Shown here piece by piece: positions 20,635 through 31,404 of a stretch of 64,000 bases of DNA. The stretch's first letter is position 1. Each line of letters opens with the position of its first letter. Under the pieces are notes generated by a model. That model made no database searches and had not been told where the DNA came from. It was given only the letters and a program-made list of their open reading frames with translations. The translations under genes were made by a program, and so were the position numbers. The stretch lies in assembly GCA_000092065.1 (NCBI GenBank), contig CP000583.1; one strand, written 5' to 3'. The DNA comes from Ostreococcus lucimarinus (lineage: Eukaryota).

Positions 20635-21526
20635 ATGTCCTCCGTCGACGACCTTCGACGCGCGTTGACCGCCGTAGGCGGTGAACGACGAGAGGTACGA
20701 CCTCGTTTTTCTCGAACGACGCGACGGCGACGATAAAAACCGACCGACACTGACGACGCGACTCGTTCGACGGAACGCGCAGGCGAACGAGAGATTACGC
20801 GCGCTTGCGTCGAGTAGACGCGCGAAATCCGCGCACACGGTGCGAAATGCGAAAGCTCGTCGGGTGATGCGCGATGAGGACGGAGCGGACGATCGCGAGA
20901 TGGATGAGGCGAGCGCGGTACCGAGGCCGAAGGCAGAGGCGGGACAGCGCGAGCGACGTCTGTTCGCGGGACTTCTCGGGACGCTGAGAAAGAGTAAATC
21001 AAACATAGAAGAGAAGGAAAAAGAGGTTTTGGCGAAGAGAAAGTCCATCGAGGCAGCGGTTTCGGGAAAGAACGAGGAGATTAGTCGGGAATTGAAGGAG
21101 GCGCAGTACAAGGCGTTTTTAGAAAAGCGCGAAGCCGACGAAAGGAAAAAGTTTGAGTTGGATTTGAAGTTTAAGGAGACAGAGGGAGCATTGATCGAGG
21201 CAGAATACGAAGAGATGAAATCTAAAATACATGATGGGGGTATATTGACCACGACTGAGCCCGTGCTCGTGTATAAGCCGAAGAATCCCACGAGCGAAGA
21301 CGCCGCAGCTTCGCAAATGAGTTTGGAAAAGTTGGACGCTTGGCGCGCGTCGCAACTCGAAAGAATCAGAAAAGCTTTGGAAACGATTCGCAGAAGGCGA
21401 GAAGAGATTGCCGAGCGCCGCGCACAATCAAAGGCGAGGGGTGAAGCGCACGATGACGTCGATGTCGAGGACGCAGAGGAAGGCGACGACGCGATGGAAG
21501 GTGACGCCGGCGACGCGGCTGCGTAA
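20635..21526 (+). CDS. PNN: Pinin/SDK/MemA-domain protein. Proposed join(20635..20694,20783..21526). Alternatively it starts at an internal ATG.
   Basis: RRLFAGLLGTLRKSK... plus a charged coiled coil matches the pinin/SDK domain (RRIFGGLLGTLQKFK). The track ORF starts at a GTG. An upstream ATG (MSSVDDLRRALTAVGGERRE) is followed by donor GTACGA at 20695, branch CTGAC at about 20746, and acceptor CAG at 20780-20782, which restores the frame. Confidence 0.45.
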
Positions 21527-21587
21527 TCTAACATTTGTAGTATCGACAATACGAACAGTTTAGTGCTAACGGCTAAGAATTAGTCAT

Positions 21588-22863
21588 CTAGTCCTTCAAC
21601 ACGCGGACAAAATCACGCGCGTAAGGCTCCAAGTGATCCGCTTCTGCCGGCATCTTTGCGCCGCCTTTTTCATTCCAGTTGAGCACGAAATCGACATGAC
21701 CCTCCTTTAGGTACAATAGCAACCTGGACGACACCCCAGCGTCTTGAAGTCTCCAGTAAAAGTCCGCGCTCTCGTGCCACGGCACGGTGATATCGGCGCA
21801 GCCCGCCATGAGGACTGTCGGCGGGAAATTGAAAGCGTCCGTTGACGCGTCGGCGGCAATTACGCTTCTCCTGTGGAATCCAGCCATCTTGGACATCGAA
21901 TCGCCCACTAAATCTGTAGGCCCTGGAATCGCGGGCTCAGCAGTTTTACTACGCTGCGGCATCAACTGTGCTGGACTGCACACGTCAAAGTTTTCAGCTC
22001 CATTCATCGCTCGTGCCATCGTGCTCACGATGGCGACGCCGCGCGAGTCTTCGTAGTCGTAATGATACCCAACGTCATAAACGCCCGCGATGCCGATAAA
22101 CTTCCGAGGCATCCTCGCATCGGCGTGCCACTCACGCTTATTCGTCGTCGATTTCACGTTCTGCACTCCCGCGCGCTGTAGAAGCGCCCTGGCGCACAGT
22201 TGCGCCCCAGCCGAGTGACCGACGATGGAAACGCGGTTCGCATCGCCGCCGTATTCACCAATATTATCCAATGTCCAAGACAGCGCCCGCGAAACTTCAT
22301 CCCACATTTGAATCGCATCGGCTCTCGGAAACAACGAGTACGTGACGACACAACAAATGACTCCTTCCTTTGCGAGCGCCGTCGCCATCGGAGAAAACTG
22401 CCAAGCCTCGCCGCTCGCCCACACGCCGCCGTGCACAAAGAGCGACACCGGCGCGTTCGCGCCCGCAACCAAGCCATCTGGAACGTAAATATCCATCACG
22501 CATCTCTCACCTTCGTCGTAGCGAACTTTACGGGACAACGTCACCCCATCCCGCGCGGCGCTCGCGGCGGCGCCGTCCCGCTCGCCTCTCCTCGGCAGCT
22601 TTCTGTGCGTCCTAATCGCCCTGTACCCGTACGGTACCTTCACGACGAGCCCTGAGATTTCATCCACGATGAGTTTCGCCAGTTGCGTGCATCTCGTCAG
22701 CTTTTGCGCGGGCGTGGCGCACCGTGCGAGGTCCTGCGCGCAGAAAGTCGTCGCGTCAGAGAGTTGGATAAAAAGCGATGGGGGCGACGTTCGGACGCGG
22801 GTCGCGCGCGCCGAGACGCGTTTATACCTGGGGTATCGCTTTAAACGCCTCGGTGAAGGACAT
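21588..22863 (-). CDS. Alpha/beta-hydrolase esterase, prenylcysteine methylesterase or kynurenine-formamidase-like. join(22828..22863,21588..22733).
   Basis: HGGVWASGE (HGGG box) and GHSAGAQL (GxSxG) are present. The track ORF begins at a GTG. Upstream exon MSFTEAFKAIPQ is followed by donor GTATAA at 22826-22827, branch CTGAC, and acceptor CGCAG at 22734-22736, which joins in frame to DLARCATPAQKL...VDEISGLVVKVPYGYR. Confidence 0.5.
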
Positions 22864-22942
22864 CGCGCGCGCTCGCGCGAGTTTTAGTCGAGCGCAGGCG
22901 CTGATCAATGGAGTATTTACTACAACGTGAAGATTGAGAATA

Positions 22943-23877
22943 TTATTCGCTGGCTTGCGCGGCGGCCTGTGCTTCAGCCTTCTTCGCCATGCGCTCCGCC
23001 GTCTTGCGCTTTTCCCGCTCCAAGAACTCTTCTTGCAACTCCTTCGCAGAGGCAAGCTTGGAGAGCAAACCCTTGTACATGGCGAGATCCCCGTTCACCT
23101 TCTTGAAAGACAATCCGCCGGCTTGCGCGAGCGCTTCGAGCGCCTTCGGATCCGTCGCCTTGGCGAGTTCCAACATTCTGAAGATACCGATCGCGATGTA
23201 CTTGGTGTACATGAGCTTATTCTCCGCACTCTTCGCCGCCATCGTCGCGAAGATCGGGTTCGCGCTCAGGCCATCCACGCCGCCGGCCGACGCCGCGAAC
23301 GCGCCGAGCGCCTCCGCGTCCGCGCGCGTCTTCGCCGCGTCCTCCCCGAGGGCGCCCAAAAACGCGTTGAAAATTTTAACCTTCTCCGTCTCGCTCGGGA
23401 ATCCCTCGTAGAGCTGATCGAACACGCTCACGAATCCCAGCGACGCGAGTTCGCTGTATTCGCTCTTCGCGTTGTACTTCGCAAAGTGTCCCTGCACGAG
23501 CAGCTCCTGCGTGACGGTCGACCACACCGACGGGATCGGGTACGGGTACGCCTGCAAGAACTTCGCCTTCGTGTCGCTCACCGTCACGTCTGCGTCGCGT
23601 AAACCCGCGATCGCGTCGTCAGTCTCGCGTTCGCGTCGCGCGCGTCGTTCGTCGCGTCGCGCGTCGCGCGTCCCGCGTCCCGCGTCCCGCATCTCGCGAA
23701 CCCTCTATCCATCCATCTCGCGTCGTCGCGTCGTCGTCGCGTCGTCGTCGTCGCACCGTAGGCGCTCGCGCGGACGGCGACGGCGGAGGCGCGTCGCGCG
23801 ACGCGCGATCCGCGCTCGACGCGCGGGCGCGCCGCGCGCGGGGTCAGGACGGAGGCGGTCGAACGCGCGGCGGACAT
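22943..23877 (-). CDS. THF1: THYLAKOID FORMATION 1 / Psb29. join(23757..23877,22943..23589), chloroplast transit peptide in exon 1.
   Basis: The mature part VTVSDTKAKFLQAYPYPIPSVWSTVTQELLVQGHFAKYN...LGFVSVFDQLYEGFPSE matches plant THF1 (ETKLKFLKAYKRPIPSIYNTVLQELIVQQHLMRY...). Exon 1 MSAARSTASVLTPRAARPRVERGSRVARRASAVAVRASAY (S/A/R-rich) is joined through donor GTGCGA at 23755-23756, branch CTGAC, and acceptor CAG at 23590-23592. The 167-nt intron removes the frame clash between two track ORFs. Confidence 0.75.
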
Positions 23878-23976
23878 GGCGTCGAAAAGTGCGGCCGCGG
23901 CGTCGACGTCGACGCGGGCGCGCGCGCGATGAAACGGTGGTCGAACTGTTTGGCTATAGGGGGATGGCGGACAAGG

Positions 23977-24999
23977 CTAGGACGCGCAACGCGCGGGAAA
24001 TCGTCGGTCGTGCTCGCGCGCGGTGGCGATCAAGTCCCCGGCGTCGCAGCGGAGGGCGAGCTTTTCGATCAACGCGCGCGCGCTGGTGAGCTGGGACTCG
24101 TAATCGGTGATGAGGGCGGCGACGGCGGCGTCGGCGCGAGACGCGCGCGCGTCGGAGGACGCGCGAGACGCGCGCTCGGAGACGAGAAGACGCTCGACGC
24201 GAGCGAGACGAGCGGAGACGCCCTCGGCGTGACGCTTGATGAGACTCATCTGGCGCTCGCGGCGGGCGACGTCGGCGAGTTTGACGGTCACGGCGTCGCG
24301 CTCGAGGGTGACGGCGCGAAGCGCGCGGCGGAGGCGCGGCGACTCCTCGTTCGCGTCCGAGACCTCGTTCGCGGACAGCCTCTCGGCGAGCTCGAGGTGA
24401 CGGCACTCTCGTAACGCGAAGTTTTCTTTCCCGAGTCGATCGATCTCGTCGTCGTACGACTCGAACACGCCCAACCATCGCTCTGGGACGTCGCGGCGCA
24501 ACTGTTTGCACCGCTCTCGCCACTCGTTCGCCGTCGATCGCGCATCTTCCACCGCTTCCCACGCCTCGGCGTCTCGCTTCGATCGATCCGCTTCTAATTC
24601 ATCTAACTTCATCTCCACTCGAGCGCGCGCGCGCTGCTCTTCGCGGAGTAAACGTAAGAGCGTCTCCGGCGTCTCGAGCGCGCGCGGTCGCGGACTCGAA
24701 TTCGCCCCCGCGTCCTCCCTCCGCGTCTCTTTTCGCCGTCTCCCTCCCTCCCGCGACGCGAACGCCTCGAACGCGCGCTCGAACGTTTCGTCCTCCTCGA
24801 CGTCGAGCTCGCTCGCCGGCGCCGCGCGCTCGGCGCGAGGAATCCGAACGCGCTCGACGAGCTCGCGCAAATCTTTTGCAACGTTCGGCGACTTTAAACT
24901 CGTCGACGTCGACGCCTCGCTCGCCTCGTTCGCGCGCTCGCGCGTGAGTTCGTCGTAAAGCGCATCGAAGGTTTCCGACGACGACTTCGCGCGCGGCAT
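23977..24999 (-). CDS. Hypothetical coiled-coil protein, 340 aa.
   Basis: It has a true ATG, a diverse composition, and long heptad-like E/R/L-rich stretches. I recognise no family. Confidence 0.4.
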   Translation of the reverse strand: MPRAKSSSETFDALYDELTRERANEASEASTSTSLKSPNVAKDLRELVERVRIPRAERAAPASELDVEEDETFERAFEAFASREGGRRRKETRREDAGANSSPRPRALETPETLLRLLREEQRARARVEMKLDELEADRSKRDAEAWEAVEDARSTANEWRERCKQLRRDVPERWLGVFESYDDEIDRLGKENFALRECRHLELAERLSANEVSDANEESPRLRRALRAVTLERDAVTVKLADVARRERQMSLIKRHAEGVSARLARVERLLVSERASRASSDARASRADAAVAALITDYESQLTSARALIEKLALRCDAGDLIATAREHDRRFPARCAS

Positions 25000-25237
25000 G
25001 GCGCGTCGATGTGCGGCCCGAGTTTGTTTTCTAGCTTCTAGTGCGACAAGGAACGACGCCTCGGCGCCGCGACTACGTGAATTAGATTAGATGATTCCCG
25101 ATCGCGAACGCACCGCGACCGGGATCGCGTCCGAAGACGCGCGGCGCGAAAGCCGTCGTCGATCGCGCGCGCGCGTCCCGCGCGCGTCGAGCGATCGATC
25201 GAACGAACGACGATTCGCGCTCGCGCGTCTTCGGACG

Positions 25238-25723
25238 CTAGAGCGAATACGTCGACATCCAGTACACGAAGTGCGCGTACGCCACCGACATCCCTAATAT
25301 CGCCCCCACCACCACCTGTATCGGCGTGTGTCCCAACGTGTCTCTCAGCGGCCTCGAATCCGTCAGCGGATGATCCCTGGGCAGTTCGACGATCAACTGA
25401 TTCAACACCTCCGCCTGTCGTCCCGCGTGCAGGCGCACCCCCGTGGCGTCGTACATGACCACCAGCGAGAACACCAGGCACAGCGCGAATATGCTCGACT
25501 GCATCCCCTCCTTCAGTCCGATCGACGTGCACAGGCCGACGACCAGCGCGGTGTGCGAGCTCGGCATCCCGCCCGAGCCGACGATCCGCGAGTAGTCCAC
25601 CTTGCCCGTGGCGTGATAGTGCGTGAACACTTTCGCGATTTGCGCGATGCTGAAGCTCAGCAGCGCGGCGATGAGCGCGGGAGAGCTGACGACGGCGGGG
25701 ATGTGGCTGATCTTCGACGCCAT
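25238..25723 (-). CDS. Acid phosphatase/vanadium-haloperoxidase-related membrane protein (DUF212 family), 161 aa.
   Basis: MASKISHIPAVVSSPALIAALLSFSIAQIAKVFTHYHATGKVDYSRIVGSGGMPSSHTALVVGL...VMYDATGVRLHAGRQAEVLNQLIVELP...GHTPIQVVVGAILG closely matches plant DUF212 proteins. Confidence 0.7.
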   Translation of the reverse strand: MASKISHIPAVVSSPALIAALLSFSIAQIAKVFTHYHATGKVDYSRIVGSGGMPSSHTALVVGLCTSIGLKEGMQSSIFALCLVFSLVVMYDATGVRLHAGRQAEVLNQLIVELPRDHPLTDSRPLRDTLGHTPIQVVVGAILGMSVAYAHFVYWMSTYSL

Positions 25724-25960
25724 GGCGCGCGCGCGCGCTCGCGCGTCGCGAGACGGCGCGTCGAGCGGAGGCGAGCGGAGGCGCGTGCCGCGCGCGTCCC
25801 GGGCGGGACGCGCGATCAAAAAAGGTCCGTGTGTGTGGTCTCGCACGTGAGCGTTTTTTCGAAACGCTCGAGCGCGCGCGAGGACGCGACGTCGCGGCGC
25901 GCGAGGACGCGACTCGGCGACGCGCGGTGGGCGAGCGGCGAGGACGACGCGCGGGTGAGG

Positions 25961-28777
25961 ATGGCGCGCTCGAGCGCGGAGGCGCGGGAAATCGACGCGG
26001 GGGCGCTTCGACACGCGGTGGAAGCGGCGAAACGACGAGGGAACGAGGCGTTCGCGAGACGGGCGTACGGGGAGGCGATGGAGGCGTACACGGTGGCGAT
26101 CGCGGGACGCGAGGACGATAAAACGCTGTATTCGAATCGGAGCGCGGCGGCGCTGGGGATGGGGTTGGTGGAGGAGGCGTTGCGGGACGCGGCGGCGTGC
26201 GTGCGCGCGGACGAGACGTGGGCGAAAGGGTATTATAGGTTGGGATGCGCGCTCATGTCGGCTTTTGAGAGCGGTAAGGCCGTGGCGGCGTTTAGACGTG
26301 GATTGGAGCTCGCGCCGGAGAGCGTGGACATGAAAGAGCGGCTGGAAGAGGCGGAAGTGTTGTACGAGGACGAGCGCGAACGCGTCGTCGCGGAGACGAG
26401 AGCGGCGCGGAGGAATTTGGCGTATAAACTTCGACAAGCGCGCGCGGAAGATCGTCGCACGGAGACCCTTAACTCTTGGAAGCAGGCAATGTCTGGACCG
26501 GATTGGGAGTTGGAGGATTACGAGTGGAGACCGACGTTTATTCCTCAGATGTGTTTGCGAAAACTCGACGCCAGTCTCTTCGACATGGATCCCGGAAGGT
26601 TGAATATCATCGCTTACGCGCACGCGTTGAGCGAGCTCGGGGCGCCCAAGAAAGCATTAAAATTGCTCGAGGATAACGTGCGCATCGCTGCGTATAAAGA
26701 GGCGATAGAGTTGACGGTTGCGGACGCTGAACCCGGGGAATTAAACTCGGCGTTGGTCGTCTCGGCAGGGGGGGGCATCTTGCCGCTCATCACCGCTCGG
26801 GCAGGGCTGAAGAGCGTGATAGGCGTCGAACGAAACCGATTTTTATATCGTATGGCAAAACAAGTTTTAAAATCCAACGCTGGACAGTTTGCGAAAGGGA
26901 CGATTCAATTACTAGATCAAAAACTCGACAAGTGTTCGCTCATGGAGGAAGATGACGCAAGCGACGACAAGCCGCAAATCGTACCTCAGCCGTCCGATCT
27001 CGTAGTCACGGACTTACTCGATCACGCGACGTTCGGATTAGGGCTGTTGAGAGCCATCGATCACGTGGGAGAGAAGAAGTTGGCGACTCCCGGCGCTCGT
27101 GTCATTCCTTCTCGCGTTCGAGTAAAGGCTCAACTCATCGAGCTTCGTTTGGATCAAGTCAGCGGATTTGATTTGAGTGCGTTGAATGCTTATAGATGGC
27201 ACCCGCAAGCAGCGAAGTTAGACCTCTTTTCGGAACCTCACATTGTGCTTTCTGATCCTTTCGACGTGTCAGATATTGACACGCAACAACGCTTGACGAC
27301 GGCGCTCGCCGGCAAGAAGCCCTCGAGCTCGATGGAGCAAGACGATATCACGTACGTCACATCGATTAAAGAGGGGACATGGAACGCGATTGCCTTTTGG
27401 TTCGAGTGTGAGCTTTGCGATGGAGTCGAGCTGAAAAGTTACGATGTCGACGGCGATCGGGGCGCCGCGGCGAGCTCTTGGGGCGCGGCGGTGCAGTATT
27501 TGGATGAGATACCCATCAAGTGCGGTGAATCCATCGAACTTCGAATTCAGCGCGATTCTGATCGACTTTACTTTTCGTCGACCCCGCCCTCGACGCGTCC
27601 ACGGCACGCCAATATTCCCAGTTGGCATTACGACATGTTGAACGACGCCTCGCGCAACAACGCATACGAATGCTCGATCAAGAGCGCGATAGCACGTCGT
27701 AAAGAACTGAAGTTGCGGAATGAAGTCTTGGACGTCGGCGCGGGTAATGGGCTACTTTCCATGTTTGCCATGCGTGCCGGTGCCGATTCTGTGTATGCGG
27801 TCGAGATGAGCCCTCACATGTGCGACGCGGGTGAGGAAACGGTTTGCATGAACGGTTATGGAACTTCCATCATGTATCTCAATCGCGATGCTCGACGATT
27901 GTTCACCAAGGAATCGGAAGGATTGATCAAGCACGGCTTGAAACCTGACGGCAACCCGCCCGAGATGGAGAGGAAATCGAATGTGCTCGTGTATGAGGTG
28001 TTTGACAGCGGGTTGATCGGCGAGGGCGCGCTGCACATTGTTGGGATGGCGAAGCATCGTTTACTTGCCCCAGATGCGACGCTTATACCTCGAGCGGCGA
28101 CAGTATACGCTCAACCTATTCAGTTGCGAACTCACGAAGTCTCGGGATTTGATTTTTCTCAGGCCAACCGCTGGCGTTGGCGAGACGACTACGAGGGCAT
28201 CAACCTCGAGCTTTGCCGCGAGAAGTGGAAGCCCCTTGCGCCATGGAAGCCGGTGTTTGACTTTGATTTCAACAAGTACATCGAAAATTTGAACCCGGCG
28301 CAAAATATGATGGAGTTTGAGGTCGATGAGGATGGAATATTCAACGCTGTGGCCTTTTGGTTCAAGCTCGAGTTGGACGACGAAAACGAATTGACGACTT
28401 CGCCGTACGTTGGCTCGCAAAAAGGGAAGACGTGGCAACAGGCGGTGCAGTACGTCGAGGAACTTAAGGTCAGCGTGGGAGACATCATGCCTTTGATTGC
28501 ATCTCACGACACGTATGGGATCAATTTTGAAGTGGACGATACGAAGCTGAAAAATAGAGTGACGAAACGCACGGGCGTCCCGGCGTACGACTCGAGCTGG
28601 CACGTCGCCCATGAGAGAATCAACGATGCATCCAAAGGCATCGCGAAAGCCGTGGCGCAGAATCCGATCGCGTACAGAGAAGCTGCAGAAACCGCAGTTG
28701 CGATCGGAAGTCGATCGCAAGACTTTGGGATGTGCGCGGAGGACGGCGCCGACTATTGCTTAAAATTTATGGGGTGA
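25961..28777 (+). CDS. PRMT9: Protein arginine N-methyltransferase with an N-terminal TPR region and tandem duplicated methyltransferase modules (PRMT9/PRMT7-like).
   Basis: TPR-like RRGNEAFARRAYGEAMEAYTVAIA...WAKGYYRLGCALMSAFESGKAVAAFRRGLELAP is followed by two Rossmann MTase cores (VVSAGGGILPLITARAGLKSVIGVERN... and VLDVGAGNGLLSMFAMRAGADSVYAVEMSPHM...). The first 210 aa of the track ORF are antisense read-through. Confidence 0.6.
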   Translation: MARSSAEAREIDAGALRHAVEAAKRRGNEAFARRAYGEAMEAYTVAIAGREDDKTLYSNRSAAALGMGLVEEALRDAAACVRADETWAKGYYRLGCALMSAFESGKAVAAFRRGLELAPESVDMKERLEEAEVLYEDERERVVAETRAARRNLAYKLRQARAEDRRTETLNSWKQAMSGPDWELEDYEWRPTFIPQMCLRKLDASLFDMDPGRLNIIAYAHALSELGAPKKALKLLEDNVRIAAYKEAIELTVADAEPGELNSALVVSAGGGILPLITARAGLKSVIGVERNRFLYRMAKQVLKSNAGQFAKGTIQLLDQKLDKCSLMEEDDASDDKPQIVPQPSDLVVTDLLDHATFGLGLLRAIDHVGEKKLATPGARVIPSRVRVKAQLIELRLDQVSGFDLSALNAYRWHPQAAKLDLFSEPHIVLSDPFDVSDIDTQQRLTTALAGKKPSSSMEQDDITYVTSIKEGTWNAIAFWFECELCDGVELKSYDVDGDRGAAASSWGAAVQYLDEIPIKCGESIELRIQRDSDRLYFSSTPPSTRPRHANIPSWHYDMLNDASRNNAYECSIKSAIARRKELKLRNEVLDVGAGNGLLSMFAMRAGADSVYAVEMSPHMCDAGEETVCMNGYGTSIMYLNRDARRLFTKESEGLIKHGLKPDGNPPEMERKSNVLVYEVFDSGLIGEGALHIVGMAKHRLLAPDATLIPRAATVYAQPIQLRTHEVSGFDFSQANRWRWRDDYEGINLELCREKWKPLAPWKPVFDFDFNKYIENLNPAQNMMEFEVDEDGIFNAVAFWFKLELDDENELTTSPYVGSQKGKTWQQAVQYVEELKVSVGDIMPLIASHDTYGINFEVDDTKLKNRVTKRTGVPAYDSSWHVAHERINDASKGIAKAVAQNPIAYREAAETAVAIGSRSQDFGMCAEDGADYCLKFMG

Positions 28778-28901
28778 TGGGTGCGGCGAAGATGATTTTA
28801 AGTGAAAGATTTAGACTTTGATTACATCGCAATCGCTTCTTCTAAACAAAATCTTCCGTTCGAATCTAAATTATACCAAACAGCCAAGCTCAGCCAAAGA
28901 A

Positions 28902-29483
28902 TTAAGCGACAATCATGTTGTTCGCCTCCGCGAAGCGCTTCTTTTCGGCCGCCGCCGCCGAGGCGTCCATCTTCGCCAACTTGGCCTCCTTCCACTTCGG
29001 GATGTAAAGCGGCTTCGGGCCCTTCGGCGCGCGCTTGTTCTGCTTCACCGGTTCCGAACCATTTTCCGCCAACCACTGCTTGCGTTCCGGATCCGCATCA
29101 ATGTACGGCAACGACGCCAAATCCAACCCGGCGCGCTTCGCCATCTCCTCCAACCCGAGCTTGTTGAGCGTCTTCAACGCATTGGTGGAGATGCGCAGGC
29201 GCACGTAGCGCTTTTGCTCCGGCCAGTAGATGCGCTTGTACTGTTATCGATAAAATATTCTCTCCGTCAGTCTCTCACTCACACACTCGTCCTGCGCGTC
29301 GCCAAGTCGTCGCGCGCGCCCGTTCAGGGTTTCAGGGTTGCCCCCAGCCTTTCGCCATCGTCCTCGCGCGTCACGCACCTGTAAGTTAACCTGCTGCAGC
29401 GTCTTGTTACGAATGTGCGAGAACGAAACAGTGCGACCGTTGTTCGCCTTCTTCCCCGTCAACATGCACTTGCGTCCGGACAT
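28902..29483 (-). CDS. RPL28: Organellar 50S ribosomal protein bL28. join(29379..29483,28902..29240).
   Basis: Exon 1 reads [35 protein letters not shown] (E. coli [34 protein letters not shown]). Its donor is GTGCGTG at 29372-29378, branch CTGAC, and acceptor CAG at 29241-29243. Exon 2 reads [32 protein letters not shown]. Confidence 0.7.
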
Positions 29484-30001
29484 CCCGTGAAGGTCTGTTT
29501 CCGCGCGCGAAATCGCGACCGTCAGTCCGCCATCCAAATCACCCAATCGCGCGCGCGAGCCCGTCCATCGTCATCGTCCGCACCGCCGCGAACGCGCGCT
29601 AAATATTTCGCCGCGCGCGTTTCCGCGACGTTCACGACGCCCCGCGCGCGAACGCGCGCGCGCGACGCTCGCATTCGCGCGCGGGTCGCCCGACCCCAGC
29701 CTCGCGTCGTCGCGTCGCGACACGTACTCTCCACGACGAGCGGCGCGCGCTTGACCGCGGCGGCGCCGCGCATCATCGTTCGCTTTAATCCATCGTTATT
29801 CCCGGTGACGAACGAGTTCGTCGGGCGCGCGAGGGACGTCGTCGAGGACGCGAACATCGTGCGCGCGGTGTGACGTCCGCGCGCGAGGGTTTTCGTCGAT
29901 CGATCGTCTTTGGTCCGTGTTGCGGTCGTGCGCGAAAGGGAGACCGAGGTCGCGCGCGCGCGCGAGTTCGCGACGCGACGGGGCGCGCGATCGTCGCGCG
30001 G

Positions 30002-30427
30002 ATGGACGCGTCGCGAGATGGGATCTCGAAGCTCATGCTCGCGGAGAAAGAGGCGCAGGCGATCGTGAGCGCGGCGCGCGAAGGTGCGAACGCGAGGGCG
30101 ATCGAAACGACGGGGCGACGGACGACGGGGGGAACGCGTCGCGGTGACTGACGACTGCGCGCGCGCGATGCGCGGTGAAACGCAGAGAAAACGGCGCGGT
30201 TGCGCGCTGCGGTGGAGGAGGCGAAGGGGGAGATCGCGGCGTACAGGGCGGAGCGGGAGGCGCGGTACGCGCGCATGGTGGCGGAGCAAACCGGGAACAA
30301 GGCGGAGACGGATTCGAGGTTGAAAGCGGAGTACGATGAGGAGATGGCGAAGCTTCAAGCGAAAGTGAGCGCGGCGAAGTCGACTGTGGTTCACGATTTG
30401 CTCTCGGCGGTGAAAGATGTGAAATGA
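30002..30427 (+). CDS. VHA-G: V-type H+-ATPase subunit G. join(30002..30083,30186..30427), 107 aa.
   Basis: The spliced product MDASRDGISKLMLAEKEAQAIVSAARE/EKTARLRAAVEEAKGEIAAYRAERE... matches Arabidopsis VHA-G1 (..[43 protein letters not shown]..). The donor is GTGCGA at 30084, branch CTGAC at 30148-30152, and acceptor CAG at 30183-30185. Confidence 0.75.
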
Positions 30428-30720
30428 AGTAGCGAGCGCGAGTAGCGACGACGCTTTTAGCCAGCGCGCGAGACGCGAGTTGTGTAGTTGCATCGATTTT
30501 AGTGCAGTATTGTACAATGGTAAGCAAATTCTAATGAGTACGCAGCGAAAAGCCAAAAAAAACAGCGCGAACAATGTGTTTGTGTGTTCGATTTTTCTCT
30601 TCCGAGATGGGATGTTGGTGTGTACAGGAAGATGGAGGTGAAGTTCGCACTCTCTCCGTGTTGCAAGCCAGCCGACGATTTTCGATGTGATGCACATCGT
30701 CGGCGCGCACGAGGACCAAT

Positions 30721-31404
30721 TTAGTCCTTGCCCGTGGCAGAAGTGATGTCGTGAATACTCGACCTTCGCTTATTATCCTTCTTGCTCATGCTGTTAAGCC
30801 TGATGAAGTATTTCTGAGCGTGGGATGCCACTTGAGTGGGCGTTCGTGAGATGACAAAGTTTCTGCTGATACTTCGCCAATCTCCCTTGCCGAACTTGTT
30901 CAAACCGAGAAGGAACAATTTGTGCTCTTCTTCAGTCCATGGAACGCCTTTGCGACGCTCTTGTTCGCCAGTCTTAGGGGCAGCTTTGGACTTTTTCGCC
31001 GCCGGCGCCTGCACGGGCGCGGGCGCCGGCGTTGGCGGCGGAGCCGTCGCCTTGAGAGGTTTCGCCGGCGCAAAGTTGAAGCTCACTTCCGCGGTGACGT
31101 GGTGATCACTGTCATCGTCATAGTCTGGAAGCTGTACGAGACCAGCTTCGATATTTCGCACGTCTTCTTCCAACTTGCTGAATCGATTCTTCAAGTCGTG
31201 GACGCCCTTTTGCGGCATCTGTTCTTGAAGTTGGCCCCAGTAATCATCGCCCGTGATGGGCCAAGACCCATCGTACTGCGCCAAACTCGTTTCAAAGAAT
31301 TTGTCCTCCTCAAACGTCCAGCTCACCGAGTCGCTCCCGAGCAACCCGAGGTTAGCGTACGTGAAACCGGCGTCGCCGCCGTAGCCAAAATCCAACGTCG
31401 ACAT
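30721..31404 (-). CDS. MYB-like transcription factor of the SHAQKYF/DIVARICATA-RADIALIS class, 227 aa.
   Basis: There is an N-terminal SANT/MYB-like motif ([16 protein letters not shown]) and a second MYB ...[52 protein letters not shown]. Confidence 0.65.
   Translation of the reverse strand: MSTLDFGYGGDAGFTYANLGLLGSDSVSWTFEEDKFFETSLAQYDGSWPITGDDYWGQLQEQMPQKGVHDLKNRFSKLEEDVRNIEAGLVQLPDYDDDSDHHVTAEVSFNFAPAKPLKATAPPPTPAPAPVQAPAAKKSKAAPKTGEQERRKGVPWTEEEHKLFLLGLNKFGKGDWRSISRNFVISRTPTQVASHAQKYFIRLNSMSKKDNKRRSSIHDITSATGKD

Noticed and set aside
28851-28870. GTTCGAATC (tRNA T-loop-like) string in the PRMT9/bL28 3' intergenic region.
   Set aside because: There is no complementary T-stem, acceptor stem or anticodon arm around it. 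It is a chance match.
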